Positions 16,955-26,858 of a DNA stretch of 64,000 bases are shown in pieces. The DNA is from Micavibrio sp. (GTDB lineage: Bacteria > Pseudomonadota > Alphaproteobacteria > Micavibrionales > UBA2020): the NCBI GenBank assembly GCA_040377425.1, contig JBEIOU010000011.1, forward strand, positions 1-64,000. The letters run 5' to 3'. Positions within the stretch are counted from its first letter, which is position 1; every line of letters starts with the position of its first letter. The position numbers and the translations under genes were made by a program. Under the pieces are notes generated by a model that did not search any database, had not been told where the DNA came from, and worked only from the letters and a program-made list of their open reading frames with translations.

Positions 16955-17542
16955 ATGGTCACCGTCAAAGAAAAACTCAAAGGCGCTTTTGACCTGACCT
17001 TCCTGTTCGGCAAAGGCATTCAGCCGTTTGAATCCGAAGGGACCAAATCGCACGCGCTGAAATCGATGTGGATACCGGCCGCGCTTTATCCACTGGGCGT
17101 TTTCATGGCATGGGTGTACCCGCCGCAGGGCATGCACGACGGCAGCTATCCGTTCAGCCAGATTTTTGTCACGGTAACGGCGGCTTATCTGCTGGGCTTT
17201 TTCGCTACGCTCGGGTTTGGGTGGGCTTTTGCCTATGCGCTGAAACAGCGGGACCGTTTCTGGCTCTTCGTGCAGACGGGCAACTGGGTGAGCATCCCGT
17301 TTACGCTGGTCACCTTGCCGATTGCGGCGATGATGGTGTTTGACGTGATGCCGCGCGAAGAAATGGACCGTATCGCCGTTATTATCACCTGCTATGGATT
17401 TATTGTATCCGGATGCGTGGCGTATAAAGCTTTCCGCGTGCCGTGGGAGCTGGCGGGGGCACTGGCGTGTATGACACTGTTTATTAACCAGCAGGTCTGG
17501 AATGCGCTGTTCTATATGCAGGATATTGATCTGGTCTGGTAA
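16955..17542 (+). CDS. Multi-pass membrane protein, possibly Yip1-family
   Basis: GAGGGGG RBS 8 nt before ATG 16955 (MVTVKEKLKG). About 195 aa with 4-5 predicted TM helices. Family assignment is tentative. Confidence 0.5.
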   Translation: MVTVKEKLKGAFDLTFLFGKGIQPFESEGTKSHALKSMWIPAALYPLGVFMAWVYPPQGMHDGSYPFSQIFVTVTAAYLLGFFATLGFGWAFAYALKQRDRFWLFVQTGNWVSIPFTLVTLPIAAMMVFDVMPREEMDRIAVIITCYGFIVSGCVAYKAFRVPWELAGALACMTLFINQQVWNALFYMQDIDLVW

Positions 17543-17556
17543 ACGAAGAGCCGTAC

Positions 17557-17594
17557 AAAAAAAGAGGGAAGCCGTGATGCTTGCCTCTTTTTTA
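17557..17594. terminator. Bidirectional terminator between convergent genes
   Basis: AAAAAAAGAGGGAAGC-cgtgat-GCTTGCCTCTTTTTTAT. Imperfect 9-bp stem with A-run and T-run flanks. Confidence 0.5.
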
Positions 17595-17607
17595 TATGCC
17601 GTTTGCC

Positions 17608-19494
17608 TTAGCGTGCGGGCGGCGGCGGATTTGGTTTGTTAAAGGTATTGCCAAATACGGCGGCTGCCGCGCTGAGGCCGTCACCGCCCCCCATCACCAC
17701 CGTGCCCGGCAGTTTCAGGTCGGTCAGAATTTGCGGCTTTTCTTTCAGCGCATCCAATATCAGTTCAATCGCACGCAGGCGGGCAACGACTTCTTCGCCA
17801 AGGACCTGCGCCTGCGCTTTCTGGCCTTCGGCCACCTGCGTCAGATAAGTTTTTTCGGCTTCACCTTCGTATTCGCGGCGGACTTTGAATTGTTCCGCCA
17901 CCTTGACGCCGATTTCTGCCGTCACCAGATCTTTTTGCTGGTCAGCCGTGGCGCGTGATTTTTGTGAATTCACGCGTTCGTCCTGCGCCAGTTTTTCCTC
18001 GCGGAAGGCTTTGGCCAGCTGCTGCGCCAATTGTTCGCGGCGGCGGGATACCAAAAGCTCCGGCGGAATGGCAGGGTCGTCGATTTTAACTTCAAGGATG
18101 GTGATACCCGCCTTGTTGCCTTCTTCTTTAATCGCCGTTTCAAATGCGGTTTCAAGGTAGGGACGCGAATCCTGGAAGTCGAGCGCGCGAGTGGGGCGAA
18201 TACCCACAATCGGCTGCCCGTCCGGATTCATACGGATATGCCCCGCGGCATCCAGCAGCGGTGCATTCAGCGTCCCGCCGCCAATGTTGCGCACGATGGA
18301 CCGTATCGTCGGCGTGACAATGCGGTCTTCGACTTCTTTCAAGCTGCCGACCGATGCCACAACCAGCGCGGCGTCTTCGGGGTTGATCTGCACCAGAATG
18401 CGCAGTTCGACGGGGATTTCCCATCCCTCGACACGCACGAAAATGGCTTCGTCGGCGGCACTGGTGTCAACGGGGATAGGCGTGCAGAAACGGTTTTGTT
18501 CGAATTTGCCGTCATCGCCAATCGTCAAATCAATGCGGCAATCTTCGTAGCCGCCATGATATGACCAGCGCTGCGCACGCGTGGGAATTTGCGTGACTTC
18601 GTAGATTTCGGGGTTGAAGAAATAGGCACCCGGCTCGAATATATCTTTCCAAACGCCCTTGCAGCCAGAGGGCACCAGCACGGCTTTCAGGCGGCCCTGC
18701 TGCACTTCTTCGGCGCCAGATTTGCATTTGTTGTTCCAGCCTTCGTCGAGGTTGGATTTGACAACACCTACATGGCCTGTCGGAATTTCGGTGATGATGG
18801 TCGGCTGATGCCCGCCGCCATTTTCCGTGCGCATGCCGTATTGATCGTATATGCGGGTGCGGCCCTGACGGTCGGTGATGCGGATGTTGAACAGGTACAG
18901 GTTCAGCCTGTGGATACCAGGTTTCAGCACCGTGGACTGCAGGCCCTTGTATCCGCTGATCTCTGCATTTTCAAGGAAAGTGGTCGCATCGAAAATCGAT
19001 GCATCATGTTCGGATTTCGGCGCGCCCGTTGCCAGCGACGTGCCTGGCAGGGGCGGGGCAATAACAGCGTCTTCGGGCAGGCTGCGGCCATCAAGCGCCA
19101 TGACCTCGCCGAAATGTCCGGGCGGAATTTCCACGACAGGCAGTACGCGGACTTCGCCCCAAATGCGGATGAACCACGTCAGGTGCCAACCGGGGCCGTA
19201 AATATAATCTTGCGGACCGTTTTCACCGTTGGTGGCGATGATTTGGCCGTTGCCTAAATTCCGCCCGCCAAATTTTTTGACCACATGGCCCGTTTCATAT
19301 TTATCGACGTAAAAAAGACTGGTCGATAAAACGGCCGAAACAAAAATGATACCCCCGATGCTGTAGACGATTGTTGCGGCGGCGGGGTTCTTGCTCCAGC
19401 GGGCCAGACGCGACGATGTATCGGCGCTGTGTTGCAGCTTGCGGAACCAGATCAGAAAGGCAAGGGAGGCAACGATCGTAAGAATAACGGTCAT
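17608..19494 (-). CDS. SPFH / band-7 domain protein, flotillin-like (YqiK-type), 628 aa
   Basis: N-terminal TM, an SPFH core (…ILVQINPEDAALVVASVGSLKEVEDRIV…) and a long C-terminal coiled-coil rich in E/K/Q/A, ending in a PPPPAR tail. Confidence 0.8.
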   Translation of the reverse strand: MTVILTIVASLAFLIWFRKLQHSADTSSRLARWSKNPAAATIVYSIGGIIFVSAVLSTSLFYVDKYETGHVVKKFGGRNLGNGQIIATNGENGPQDYIYGPGWHLTWFIRIWGEVRVLPVVEIPPGHFGEVMALDGRSLPEDAVIAPPLPGTSLATGAPKSEHDASIFDATTFLENAEISGYKGLQSTVLKPGIHRLNLYLFNIRITDRQGRTRIYDQYGMRTENGGGHQPTIITEIPTGHVGVVKSNLDEGWNNKCKSGAEEVQQGRLKAVLVPSGCKGVWKDIFEPGAYFFNPEIYEVTQIPTRAQRWSYHGGYEDCRIDLTIGDDGKFEQNRFCTPIPVDTSAADEAIFVRVEGWEIPVELRILVQINPEDAALVVASVGSLKEVEDRIVTPTIRSIVRNIGGGTLNAPLLDAAGHIRMNPDGQPIVGIRPTRALDFQDSRPYLETAFETAIKEEGNKAGITILEVKIDDPAIPPELLVSRRREQLAQQLAKAFREEKLAQDERVNSQKSRATADQQKDLVTAEIGVKVAEQFKVRREYEGEAEKTYLTQVAEGQKAQAQVLGEEVVARLRAIELILDALKEKPQILTDLKLPGTVVMGGGDGLSAAAAVFGNTFNKPNPPPPAR

Positions 19495-19614
19495 GGGGGC
19501 GGCGGCTCCGGCAAGGGGATGAATAAAAGAATGGCAGGCGCGGACAAAATAAATTGGCGCACATACAGGATATCAACCTGTATTTAAAATAGGCTTAACA
19601 GGATTCGGGAAACG

Positions 19615-20070
19615 TCAGGGGCGACGGGGAATAAAGATGACGCAGATCATTTCCAGCACAGGTTCCCCATGCTGGTTGAACGTGGTGTTTTTGGTGCGCA
19701 GAATACCGCGGGACGGGTTACCTGCCGATGCGCGCGCAGCGATGACTTCGCCTTTGTACGTCAAGGTGTCACCGGGGCGCACAGGGCGCAGCCATGTCAG
19801 GTTTTCGACCGTACGGCCGACCATGCCGCCCTTCATCGGCGGCATAGATTCGACGATCAGGCGCATGGTCATGGCGGCAGTGTGCCAGCCGCTGGCGACC
19901 AATTCGCCAAAGGCGGTGCCGACGGCTTTGTCAGCGTCGAGGTGAAAATCCTGCGGGTCGTACTTGCTGGCGAAGGCGATAATCTCTTCGGCGGTCACAA
20001 GAATAGGGCCCGCCTCGAAGGTTAGGCCGACGCTTAGATCTTCCATATATATGAAATCATCTTTTTTCAT
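19615..20070 (-). CDS. MaoC-like (R)-specific enoyl-CoA hydratase / hotdog-fold dehydratase
   Basis: 151 aa: MKKDDFIYMEDLSVGL...DPQDFHLDADKAVGTAFGELVASGWHTAAM... is a hotdog-fold MaoC signature. It is the only real part of the 625-aa track ORF 19615..21492, whose remainder is antisense to the ACAD gene. Confidence 0.75.
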   Translation of the reverse strand: MKKDDFIYMEDLSVGLTFEAGPILVTAEEIIAFASKYDPQDFHLDADKAVGTAFGELVASGWHTAAMTMRLIVESMPPMKGGMVGRTVENLTWLRPVRPGDTLTYKGEVIAARASAGNPSRGILRTKNTTFNQHGEPVLEMICVIFIPRRP

Positions 20071-20208
20071 GTGTTCTAAAATAGGTGCGCGCAGGTTTTT
20101 GTCCAGATGGATAAATAATGCCGGATTATGGTATGCGGCGGTGTGATTTCGCAGGTGTTTTGTGTTATAAAAGAACCCGTCTTTATCCCACCCGCCGCCG
20201 GAGCATCC

Positions 20209-22104
20209 ATGCCGACTTACAAGGCCCCCCTTGATGATATGCGCTTTGTCCTGAACGAAGTGCTGTCGATCGCGCCCACCCTGTCGCCCATCCCCGATTT
20301 TGCGGCGATTGACGACGCCACCATCGGCCAGTTTCTGGCGGAAGTCGCCAAGCTGGCCGAAGATGTGCTGTTCCCGTTGAACGCCAGCGGCGATCACGAA
20401 GGCTGCCATCACGACCGCGACGCGCGCACGGTGACAACGCCCAAGGGTTTCAAGGAAGCATACCAGCAATTCTGCGCGGCAGGTCTGCCGGGCTTTGCCT
20501 GCGATCCGGCCTATGGCGGTCTTGGCATGCCAGCGGTTTTGAATACGGCGCTGTCTGAAATGTTCTGCTCGGCCAATATGGCGTTTGGTATGTATCCCGG
20601 CCTGTCGCATGGTGCGTATAACGCCCTGCATGCCTATGGCACGGACGCGCAAAAACAAAAATACCTGCCCAAGCTGGTCAGCGGCGAGTGGACGGGCACG
20701 ATGTGCCTGACCGAACCGCAATGCGGCACCGATCTGGGCCTTGTGAAAACCCGTGCGGTTCCGCAGGGCGATGGCAGCTACAAAATCTCGGGCACCAAGA
20801 TTTTTATTTCGGCGGGTGAACATGACCTTGCCGAAAACATCATCCATCTGGTGCTGGCCAAAATTGACGCGCCCGATACGCCGGCAGGTATCAAGGGGAT
20901 TAGCCTTTTTGTCGTGCCCAAATTTATTGACGGGGTGCGCAATCCCGCCTATTGCGGCCGTATCGAAGAAAAAATGGGCATTCACGCGAACAGTACCTGT
21001 GAAATGAATTTCGAAGAAGCCACCGGCTGGCTGGTGGGCGAAGCGCACAAGGGCATGCGTGCCATGTTCGTGATGATGAACGAAGCGCGTCTGGGTGTGG
21101 GGCTGCAGGGGCTTGGTCTCAGCGAAGTGGCCTACCAAAACGCAGTGACCTATGCGCAAGACCGCCGTCAGGGCCAGCCGATTGACCAGAAAGCCGATGC
21201 CGCAGCTGCGCCGGCGGTGTCGATCATTGATCATCCCGATATCCGCCGCGAATTGTTGACCATCCGTGCGCAGACCGAAGGCAGCCGTATGCTGGCATAC
21301 TGGACAGCCTTGCAGCTGGATCTGTCGCACAAGGCGCAGACCGAAGGCGAGAAGAAAAAAGCCAAAGCACTGCTGGATTTCCTGACGCCGATTGTCAAAG
21401 CCCATATGACCGATAACGCTGTCGATCATGCCAACGCCGCTATGCAGGTTTTTGGCGGTCATGGATACATCCGTGAACACGGTATAGAGCAATATGCCCG
21501 CGATGCCCGGATTACGCGCATCTATGAAGGCACCAACGCCATTCAGTCGCTGGATCTGATCGGCCGTAAAATTCTGAAAGAAAATCTGCTGCCCAAATAT
21601 CTGGCTGCCGTTAACGAAGATATCCGTGCCGCGCGTGCGGCGGGTGTCGATCGCGCGGTGACCTGCGGTTTGCGCCGCGGCGTTTGCGCATTGAAACGCG
21701 CCACGCGCCGCCTGCGCTGCCGGATTATTTTTGAAACGATTAAATCAAAATTGGGCATGGGCGGCGATGCGGGCGCGGTGCTGCGTGATGCGGCGGGCGT
21801 GTCCGTTGACTATCTGCGTCTGGCCAGTCTGGTTGCTGTGGGGCATATGTGGGTTAAAATGGCCACCGTGGCCACCCAACGTCTGTCGGAAAACGCCGCA
21901 GGCCGTGAATTTTATGAAACCAAACAGCAAACTGCTGCGTTTTACTTCAGGCGCGTGATGCCGCAGGCGCTAACCCTTGCCCATACTTTGCGCGATCGCG
22001 CAGATGTGCTGATGGCGATGCCTGCCGCGCAGTTTATCCATGGGCAAACCAACATCGCGGAAACATCCCGCAAGACCGAAGCAAAAGAGGCCACGAAGCC
22101 ATGA
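20209..22104 (+). CDS. Large (about 630 aa) acyl-CoA dehydrogenase, FadE-like with a C-terminal extension domain
   Basis: GGAG RBS 7 nt before ATG 20209 (MPTYKAPLDDMRF). ACAD N-terminal, middle and C-terminal domains (…CLTEPQCGTDLG…, …YEGTNAIQSLDLIGRKIL…) plus an extra C-terminal region. Confidence 0.85.
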   Translation: MPTYKAPLDDMRFVLNEVLSIAPTLSPIPDFAAIDDATIGQFLAEVAKLAEDVLFPLNASGDHEGCHHDRDARTVTTPKGFKEAYQQFCAAGLPGFACDPAYGGLGMPAVLNTALSEMFCSANMAFGMYPGLSHGAYNALHAYGTDAQKQKYLPKLVSGEWTGTMCLTEPQCGTDLGLVKTRAVPQGDGSYKISGTKIFISAGEHDLAENIIHLVLAKIDAPDTPAGIKGISLFVVPKFIDGVRNPAYCGRIEEKMGIHANSTCEMNFEEATGWLVGEAHKGMRAMFVMMNEARLGVGLQGLGLSEVAYQNAVTYAQDRRQGQPIDQKADAAAAPAVSIIDHPDIRRELLTIRAQTEGSRMLAYWTALQLDLSHKAQTEGEKKKAKALLDFLTPIVKAHMTDNAVDHANAAMQVFGGHGYIREHGIEQYARDARITRIYEGTNAIQSLDLIGRKILKENLLPKYLAAVNEDIRAARAAGVDRAVTCGLRRGVCALKRATRRLRCRIIFETIKSKLGMGGDAGAVLRDAAGVSVDYLRLASLVAVGHMWVKMATVATQRLSENAAGREFYETKQQTAAFYFRRVMPQALTLAHTLRDRADVLMAMPAAQFIHGQTNIAETSRKTEAKEATKP

Positions 22105-24200
22105 ATAAATTCTTTAAAAAACTAGCTATTTTCTTTGTCGTGCTGGCTGTCATTATCGGCGGCGGCATCTATGCGCTGATGACCTTTGCGCCGATGGATT
22201 ATTTGCAGGAAAAAGCGAAGTTTGTTGTCAAAGAAAAAACCGGACGCGACCTGGCTTTTGCCGATGCGCGTATCAGTATTTGGCCGCATGTGGGTTTGAC
22301 GTTGAAAGATGTCACGTTCGGCAGCGCCGATTGGGCGACGGAAAAGGACATGGTGCGTCTGGGGGAGATGGATGTGCACGTTGCGCTGCGCCCGCTCTTT
22401 GAAAAGCGCATCGAAGTTATCCGTTTCGTGATGAACCAGCCGGAGATCAATCTGGAAGTATCCCCCGACGGCAAGAAAAACTGGGAATTCCCCGAAATGG
22501 CGAAAGAAGACAAAGCGGATAAGTCTTCCGGTGACGGCAGTGCGGCGGATGCCGCGCTTGCGGGGTTCAAGTTGAATGAATTTGTGATCAGCAAAGGTAA
22601 AGTCACCCTGAACGATCGCCAGCAGAAGAAAGTCACATCGGCCGATACAGTCAATATCACGGTATCTTTCCCGGATATCGAAAGCGCCTTCCAGCTGGAT
22701 GGTTCGCTGAATTATCTGGGTAAGCGCGTTCAGCTGGTTATGGGCGTTGATAAACCCAAAGCCCTGATGGCGGGCGCGCCGACCGCCGGCAGCCTGATCG
22801 TGAAATCCGATGTGCTGGATGCGACTGTTGCGGGGACGTTTGCAACAGCCGGCACCATGCTGGATGACGGCAAAATCGAAGCGCAGGTCAAAAGCCTCTC
22901 CGGCCTTGTCGGCTGGCTGATACAGGCGCCCGCGGGGGATCTGCCGTTTGAAAAAATCTCTTTCGTTTCCGGTGCGCAGTTCACGACGGACAAGCTGACG
23001 CTGAAGGGCGCCGGTCTGGTGCTGGACGAAATCGAAGCGAAGGGCGATGTGTCGCTGTCTGTTGCCGGTGTTCGTCCGCAGATTGTCGCGCGCCTGTCTG
23101 TTAACAAAATTGACCTTGATCGTTTCATGGGCGGCGGCGCGGATGCGGCCAAAGATGCAAGTGCAGCGCCTGCCAAATCCGAACCGCAGGGCGATTGGGA
23201 TGCAACCCCGATTGATTTCAGCGGCCTGAAAGCCGTTGATGCCGATGTTGTTTTGCAAACACAGGGCTTCTCGGTCAAGGGCGTTGAAGTTGGCGCGTCT
23301 ACCCTGACGGCAGTCCTGAAAAACGGCGACCTGAAAGCGTCGTCCTCTGATGCCAGTTTGTTTGGCGGGCGTTTCAGCTCCGATGTTTCCCTTGCAACGT
23401 CGTCGGGTACGCCCAGACAATCGTTCACGTTCAAAATGAACGATGTGCAGGCGCAGCCGGTATTGGTCAAATTTGCGGGCTTCGACAACCTGACGGGCGC
23501 AGCCGATGCAAATGTAAGCGTGACGTCCAGCGGTAACAGCCAGAAAGCCATTATCAGTGCGCTGGCCGGTAGCGGTGCTGTGACATTTAAAAACGGCGCA
23601 CTGACGGGTATCGATTTTGTGAATATCGCCACCATGATCCAGCGTGGTTTGCAAGATGCAGCGATTGGCGGCGGCAAAACCGAATTCGTGGATTTGGGCG
23701 GTACGTTCAAAATCGTGGCAGGTATTGTCAGCAACGACGATTTCCGCATGCGCGGCCCGCTGGTGCAGGCGACAGGTACAGGCACGGTCGATCTGCCGCG
23801 CAAATACCTGAAATATCGCGTGACGCCGACGCTGACCGCATCGTCGGGCGTGGATAACGCCAAGGGCGTGCGTGTGCCCGTTGATATCGTCGGCCCGTTT
23901 AGCAACGTGCGCGTGAAGCCTGACTTCAAAGCCGTCATTCAAGACACGCTGAAAGATCCTGAAGCGTTAAAAGCGCAGGGCAAGGCGCTGGAGCAGAACT
24001 TCAAGGACATTAAAAAAGACATCAAAAAAGACCCCGGTGCCGCTATCCAGAACTTGTTGGGTGGTGGTGTGGGCGGCCTTTTGGGTGGCAGCAAGAAACC
24101 GGCTGAACCCGCGCCTGCGGATGCGGCGCCTGCCGATGCAGCCCCCACAGAACAAGCGCCCGCTGAACAGCCACCGGCAGAAAGCGTTATCGCACCGTGA
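22101..24200 (+). CDS. asmA: AsmA-family outer-membrane assembly protein
   Basis: 699 aa with an N-terminal signal-anchor and a long beta-rich periplasmic body typical of AsmA/TamB-like proteins. PA-rich C-terminal repeats. ATGA overlap with the ACAD stop. Confidence 0.8.
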   Translation: MNKFFKKLAIFFVVLAVIIGGGIYALMTFAPMDYLQEKAKFVVKEKTGRDLAFADARISIWPHVGLTLKDVTFGSADWATEKDMVRLGEMDVHVALRPLFEKRIEVIRFVMNQPEINLEVSPDGKKNWEFPEMAKEDKADKSSGDGSAADAALAGFKLNEFVISKGKVTLNDRQQKKVTSADTVNITVSFPDIESAFQLDGSLNYLGKRVQLVMGVDKPKALMAGAPTAGSLIVKSDVLDATVAGTFATAGTMLDDGKIEAQVKSLSGLVGWLIQAPAGDLPFEKISFVSGAQFTTDKLTLKGAGLVLDEIEAKGDVSLSVAGVRPQIVARLSVNKIDLDRFMGGGADAAKDASAAPAKSEPQGDWDATPIDFSGLKAVDADVVLQTQGFSVKGVEVGASTLTAVLKNGDLKASSSDASLFGGRFSSDVSLATSSGTPRQSFTFKMNDVQAQPVLVKFAGFDNLTGAADANVSVTSSGNSQKAIISALAGSGAVTFKNGALTGIDFVNIATMIQRGLQDAAIGGGKTEFVDLGGTFKIVAGIVSNDDFRMRGPLVQATGTGTVDLPRKYLKYRVTPTLTASSGVDNAKGVRVPVDIVGPFSNVRVKPDFKAVIQDTLKDPEALKAQGKALEQNFKDIKKDIKKDPGAAIQNLLGGGVGGLLGGSKKPAEPAPADAAPADAAPTEQAPAEQPPAESVIAP

Positions 24201-25537
24201 TCAATAACGCGCTTCGCAAGGTCGATGATTTCATATGGGGAGCGGGCGTGCAGGGGCGCCCGCTCTTTATACGTGGGCCCATCCTCGCGCTGCGGTTGTG
24301 CCTTGCTGTCGGGCGTGATTTGAAAGAGGGCTATCTGGGCCTGCGTGCGACCAGTTTGGTTTATACGACGCTGCTGTCTTTCGCGCCCGTGCTGGCCATC
24401 TGCTTTTCGGTTTTAAAAGGCATCGGCGCACATAATAACATCGAGCCGTTTTTGCGCGATTTCCTCTCCCCGCTGGGTACGCAGGGCGAGGATATTGCAC
24501 TGCGTATCGTCAGCTTCGTCGATAATATTCAGGTCGGCGTTCTGGGCGCGGTTGGTATGGCGCTGCTCATTTACAGCGTGATTGCGCTGATGCACAAAAT
24601 CGAAACCGCATTTAACGATATCTGGCATGTCAGCGAAACGCGCAACTTGCCGCAGCGTGTGCGCGATTATCTGGGCGTTTTGTTCCTTGGCCCCTTGCTG
24701 TTGTTCCTGTCCGTGGCTATGACAGCGACGCTGCGCAATGCCGGAAAAGCCCGCGAATGGCTGGAGCCTGTTTTTGGTCCCGAACTGCTGGATCTTTTTT
24801 TCAGCGGCGTGTTTGGTGTGGTGCCCTATGTGCTGTTCGGCATTGCCTTTGCCGCGCTTTATATGTTTATGCCCAATACGCGCGTGCGTATTATGCCTGC
24901 GCTGGTCGCGGGATTTATTACGGGTATCTTGTGGAAGGTGCTGGGGCAGGTCTTTGGCGTATTCGTGGCGGGTTCGGCCAGCTATGCGGCGATTTATTCG
25001 GCCTTTGCCGCGCTGATCCTGTTCATGATCTGGATTTATGTCGGCTGGCTGATCGTGCTGGCTGGGGCGGCCATTTGCTATTACCTGCAAAACCCGTCCA
25101 ACCAGTCGTTGTCGCGCCGTGATATGCGCCTCAGCCCCCATTTGCGCGAACGCGTGGCACTGCAGGTATGCGCCGTAATTGGCGAGCATTTTTATGAGCA
25201 TCAAAAAGGCATCGGCATGGCGCAGCTGGCCGCACGTTTGCGTGTGCCGTCTGCCGTGATTGACGATATCGGCAGTACGTTGGTTGCGGGCGGTATTCTG
25301 GCGCTGACGTCCGGCCGCCGTCCGTTGTTTCTGCCCGCCCGTCCGTTTGATGAAACGACCGTGCAGCAGATGATCGACGCCCTGCGTGCCCGCGATATCG
25401 CCGATGCCCGCAGCCTGCAATACATCCGCGCATCCGCAGCCGTTGATGACGCCCTGCGCCGCGGCGAAGAACTGCGTGCGGCGGCGCTGTCCCGCATCAC
25501 CCTCAAACAACTTGCCCAAGGGAGTTTGCCCCAATGA
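24197..25537 (+). CDS. YihY/BrkB-family membrane protein with a C-terminal extension
   Basis: GTG start overlapping the asmA stop (GTGA). Six-TM YihY core (LVYTTLLSFAPVLAICFSVL...) plus about 130-aa soluble C-terminal domain. Confidence 0.8.
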   Translation: MINNALRKVDDFIWGAGVQGRPLFIRGPILALRLCLAVGRDLKEGYLGLRATSLVYTTLLSFAPVLAICFSVLKGIGAHNNIEPFLRDFLSPLGTQGEDIALRIVSFVDNIQVGVLGAVGMALLIYSVIALMHKIETAFNDIWHVSETRNLPQRVRDYLGVLFLGPLLLFLSVAMTATLRNAGKAREWLEPVFGPELLDLFFSGVFGVVPYVLFGIAFAALYMFMPNTRVRIMPALVAGFITGILWKVLGQVFGVFVAGSASYAAIYSAFAALILFMIWIYVGWLIVLAGAAICYYLQNPSNQSLSRRDMRLSPHLRERVALQVCAVIGEHFYEHQKGIGMAQLAARLRVPSAVIDDIGSTLVAGGILALTSGRRPLFLPARPFDETTVQQMIDALRARDIADARSLQYIRASAAVDDALRRGEELRAAALSRITLKQLAQGSLPQ

Positions 25538-26856
25538 TCCCCCGTTTTTCGCGCCCCGATATGTCCGCCATCTGGGAGCAAGAAAACAAATACCGCACAT
25601 GGCTGGAAGTTGAATTGATCGCCTGCGAAGCGCAGGAAAGCATCGGCGTTATTCCGGCGGGGGTAGCTGCCAAAATCCGTGAAAAAGCGAATTTTGATGT
25701 CGCGCGCATTGACGAGATCGAGCGCGAAGTGAGGCATGACGTCATCGCTTTTTTGACGAGTGTTGGTGAATTCGTAGGGGACGATGCGCGTCATATCCAT
25801 CTGGGCATGACGTCGTCGGATATGCTGGATACGGCCTTTGCTATCCAGCTGCGTCAGGCGTCTGATCTGATTATCAAAGACCTCGACCGCTTGCTGGCTG
25901 CTCTTGCCAAGCGCGCGCAAGAGCATAAATCCACAATCTGCGTCGGCCGCAGCCACGGTATTCATGGGGAGCCGACGACGTTTGGTCTTAAACTCGCCGG
26001 CCATTATACCGCATTCGCCCGCGCCCGCGCCCGCATGGTGCAGGCGCGTGATGAAATCTCGACCGTGGCCATTTCGGGTGCCGTTGGTACCTTTGCCACC
26101 ATCGATCCGCGTGTGCAGGCGTACGTCGCCCAAAAACTCGGCATGGCCGAAGAGCCCGTATCCACGCAGGTGATCCCGCGCGACCGCCATGCCATGTTCT
26201 TTGCAACGCTGGGGGTGATTGCCAGCTCGATCGAAAACCTTGCCACCGAAATCCGCCACCTGCAGCGTACCGAAGTGCGCGAGGCGGAGGAATATTTCAA
26301 TCCAGGGCAGAAAGGCTCCTCTGCCATGCCGCATAAGCGTAACCCGGTTTTGACCGAAAATCTGACCGGCCTTGCGCGTCTGATCCGCGCCAACGTGACG
26401 CCCGCGATGGAAAACGTCGCGCTCTGGCATGAACGCGATATTTCGCATTCGGCGGTGGAGCGTGTGATTGCCCCGGATGCGACCATTTTGATGGACTTTG
26501 CCCTGAACCGTTTGTCGGGCGTGATTGAAAACCTGCTGGTGTATCCTGACCGCATGAAACGCAACATGGAAAGCCTGAAAGGGCTTGTGTTCTCGCAAGC
26601 GGCGCTGCTGGCGCTGGTTGACAGCGGTATGCGCCGCGAAGATGCCTACAAGGCCGTGCAAACGCAGGCCATGGCCGTATGGGGCGATCTGGATGGCCCT
26701 GATTTCAAAACCCGTCTGGCGGATGATGCGGCGGTGGTGAAGGCGCTCGGCGCGGAGGGGCTTGATAAAATATTCGACTATACCCGCTACACCCAGCACG
26801 CCCCGCGCGTGATTGAAGCTGCGCTGGCGCCGGAAGCTGCGCGTGCTGCCGCATAA
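25534..26856 (+). CDS. purB: Adenylosuccinate lyase
   Basis: 440 aa in the fumarate-lyase superfamily, with the signature segment GSSAMPHKRNP. ATGA overlap with the upstream gene. Confidence 0.9.
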   Translation: MIPRFSRPDMSAIWEQENKYRTWLEVELIACEAQESIGVIPAGVAAKIREKANFDVARIDEIEREVRHDVIAFLTSVGEFVGDDARHIHLGMTSSDMLDTAFAIQLRQASDLIIKDLDRLLAALAKRAQEHKSTICVGRSHGIHGEPTTFGLKLAGHYTAFARARARMVQARDEISTVAISGAVGTFATIDPRVQAYVAQKLGMAEEPVSTQVIPRDRHAMFFATLGVIASSIENLATEIRHLQRTEVREAEEYFNPGQKGSSAMPHKRNPVLTENLTGLARLIRANVTPAMENVALWHERDISHSAVERVIAPDATILMDFALNRLSGVIENLLVYPDRMKRNMESLKGLVFSQAALLALVDSGMRREDAYKAVQTQAMAVWGDLDGPDFKTRLADDAAVVKALGAEGLDKIFDYTRYTQHAPRVIEAALAPEAARAAA

Positions 26857-26858
26857 TC

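Noticed and set aside
19564-19582. TACAGG-N7-CCTGTA inverted repeat between MaoC and the SPFH gene
   Set aside because: Could be a weak terminator or an operator. No T-tract, and no way to discriminate from sequence alone.
19615-21492. 625-aa minus-strand ORF
   Set aside because: Only the last 151 codons (19615-20070) form a real MaoC gene. The remainder is antisense to the acyl-CoA dehydrogenase gene and shows no protein-family signal.
22122-23942. 606-aa and 402-aa minus-strand ORFs inside asmA
   Set aside because: Antisense to a recognisable AsmA-family gene. Low-complexity R/A/G-rich translation.
24413-26799. Long minus-strand ORFs (395 aa, 532 aa) over yihY and purB
   Set aside because: purB and yihY are unambiguous on the plus strand. 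The antisense frames are shadow ORFs.
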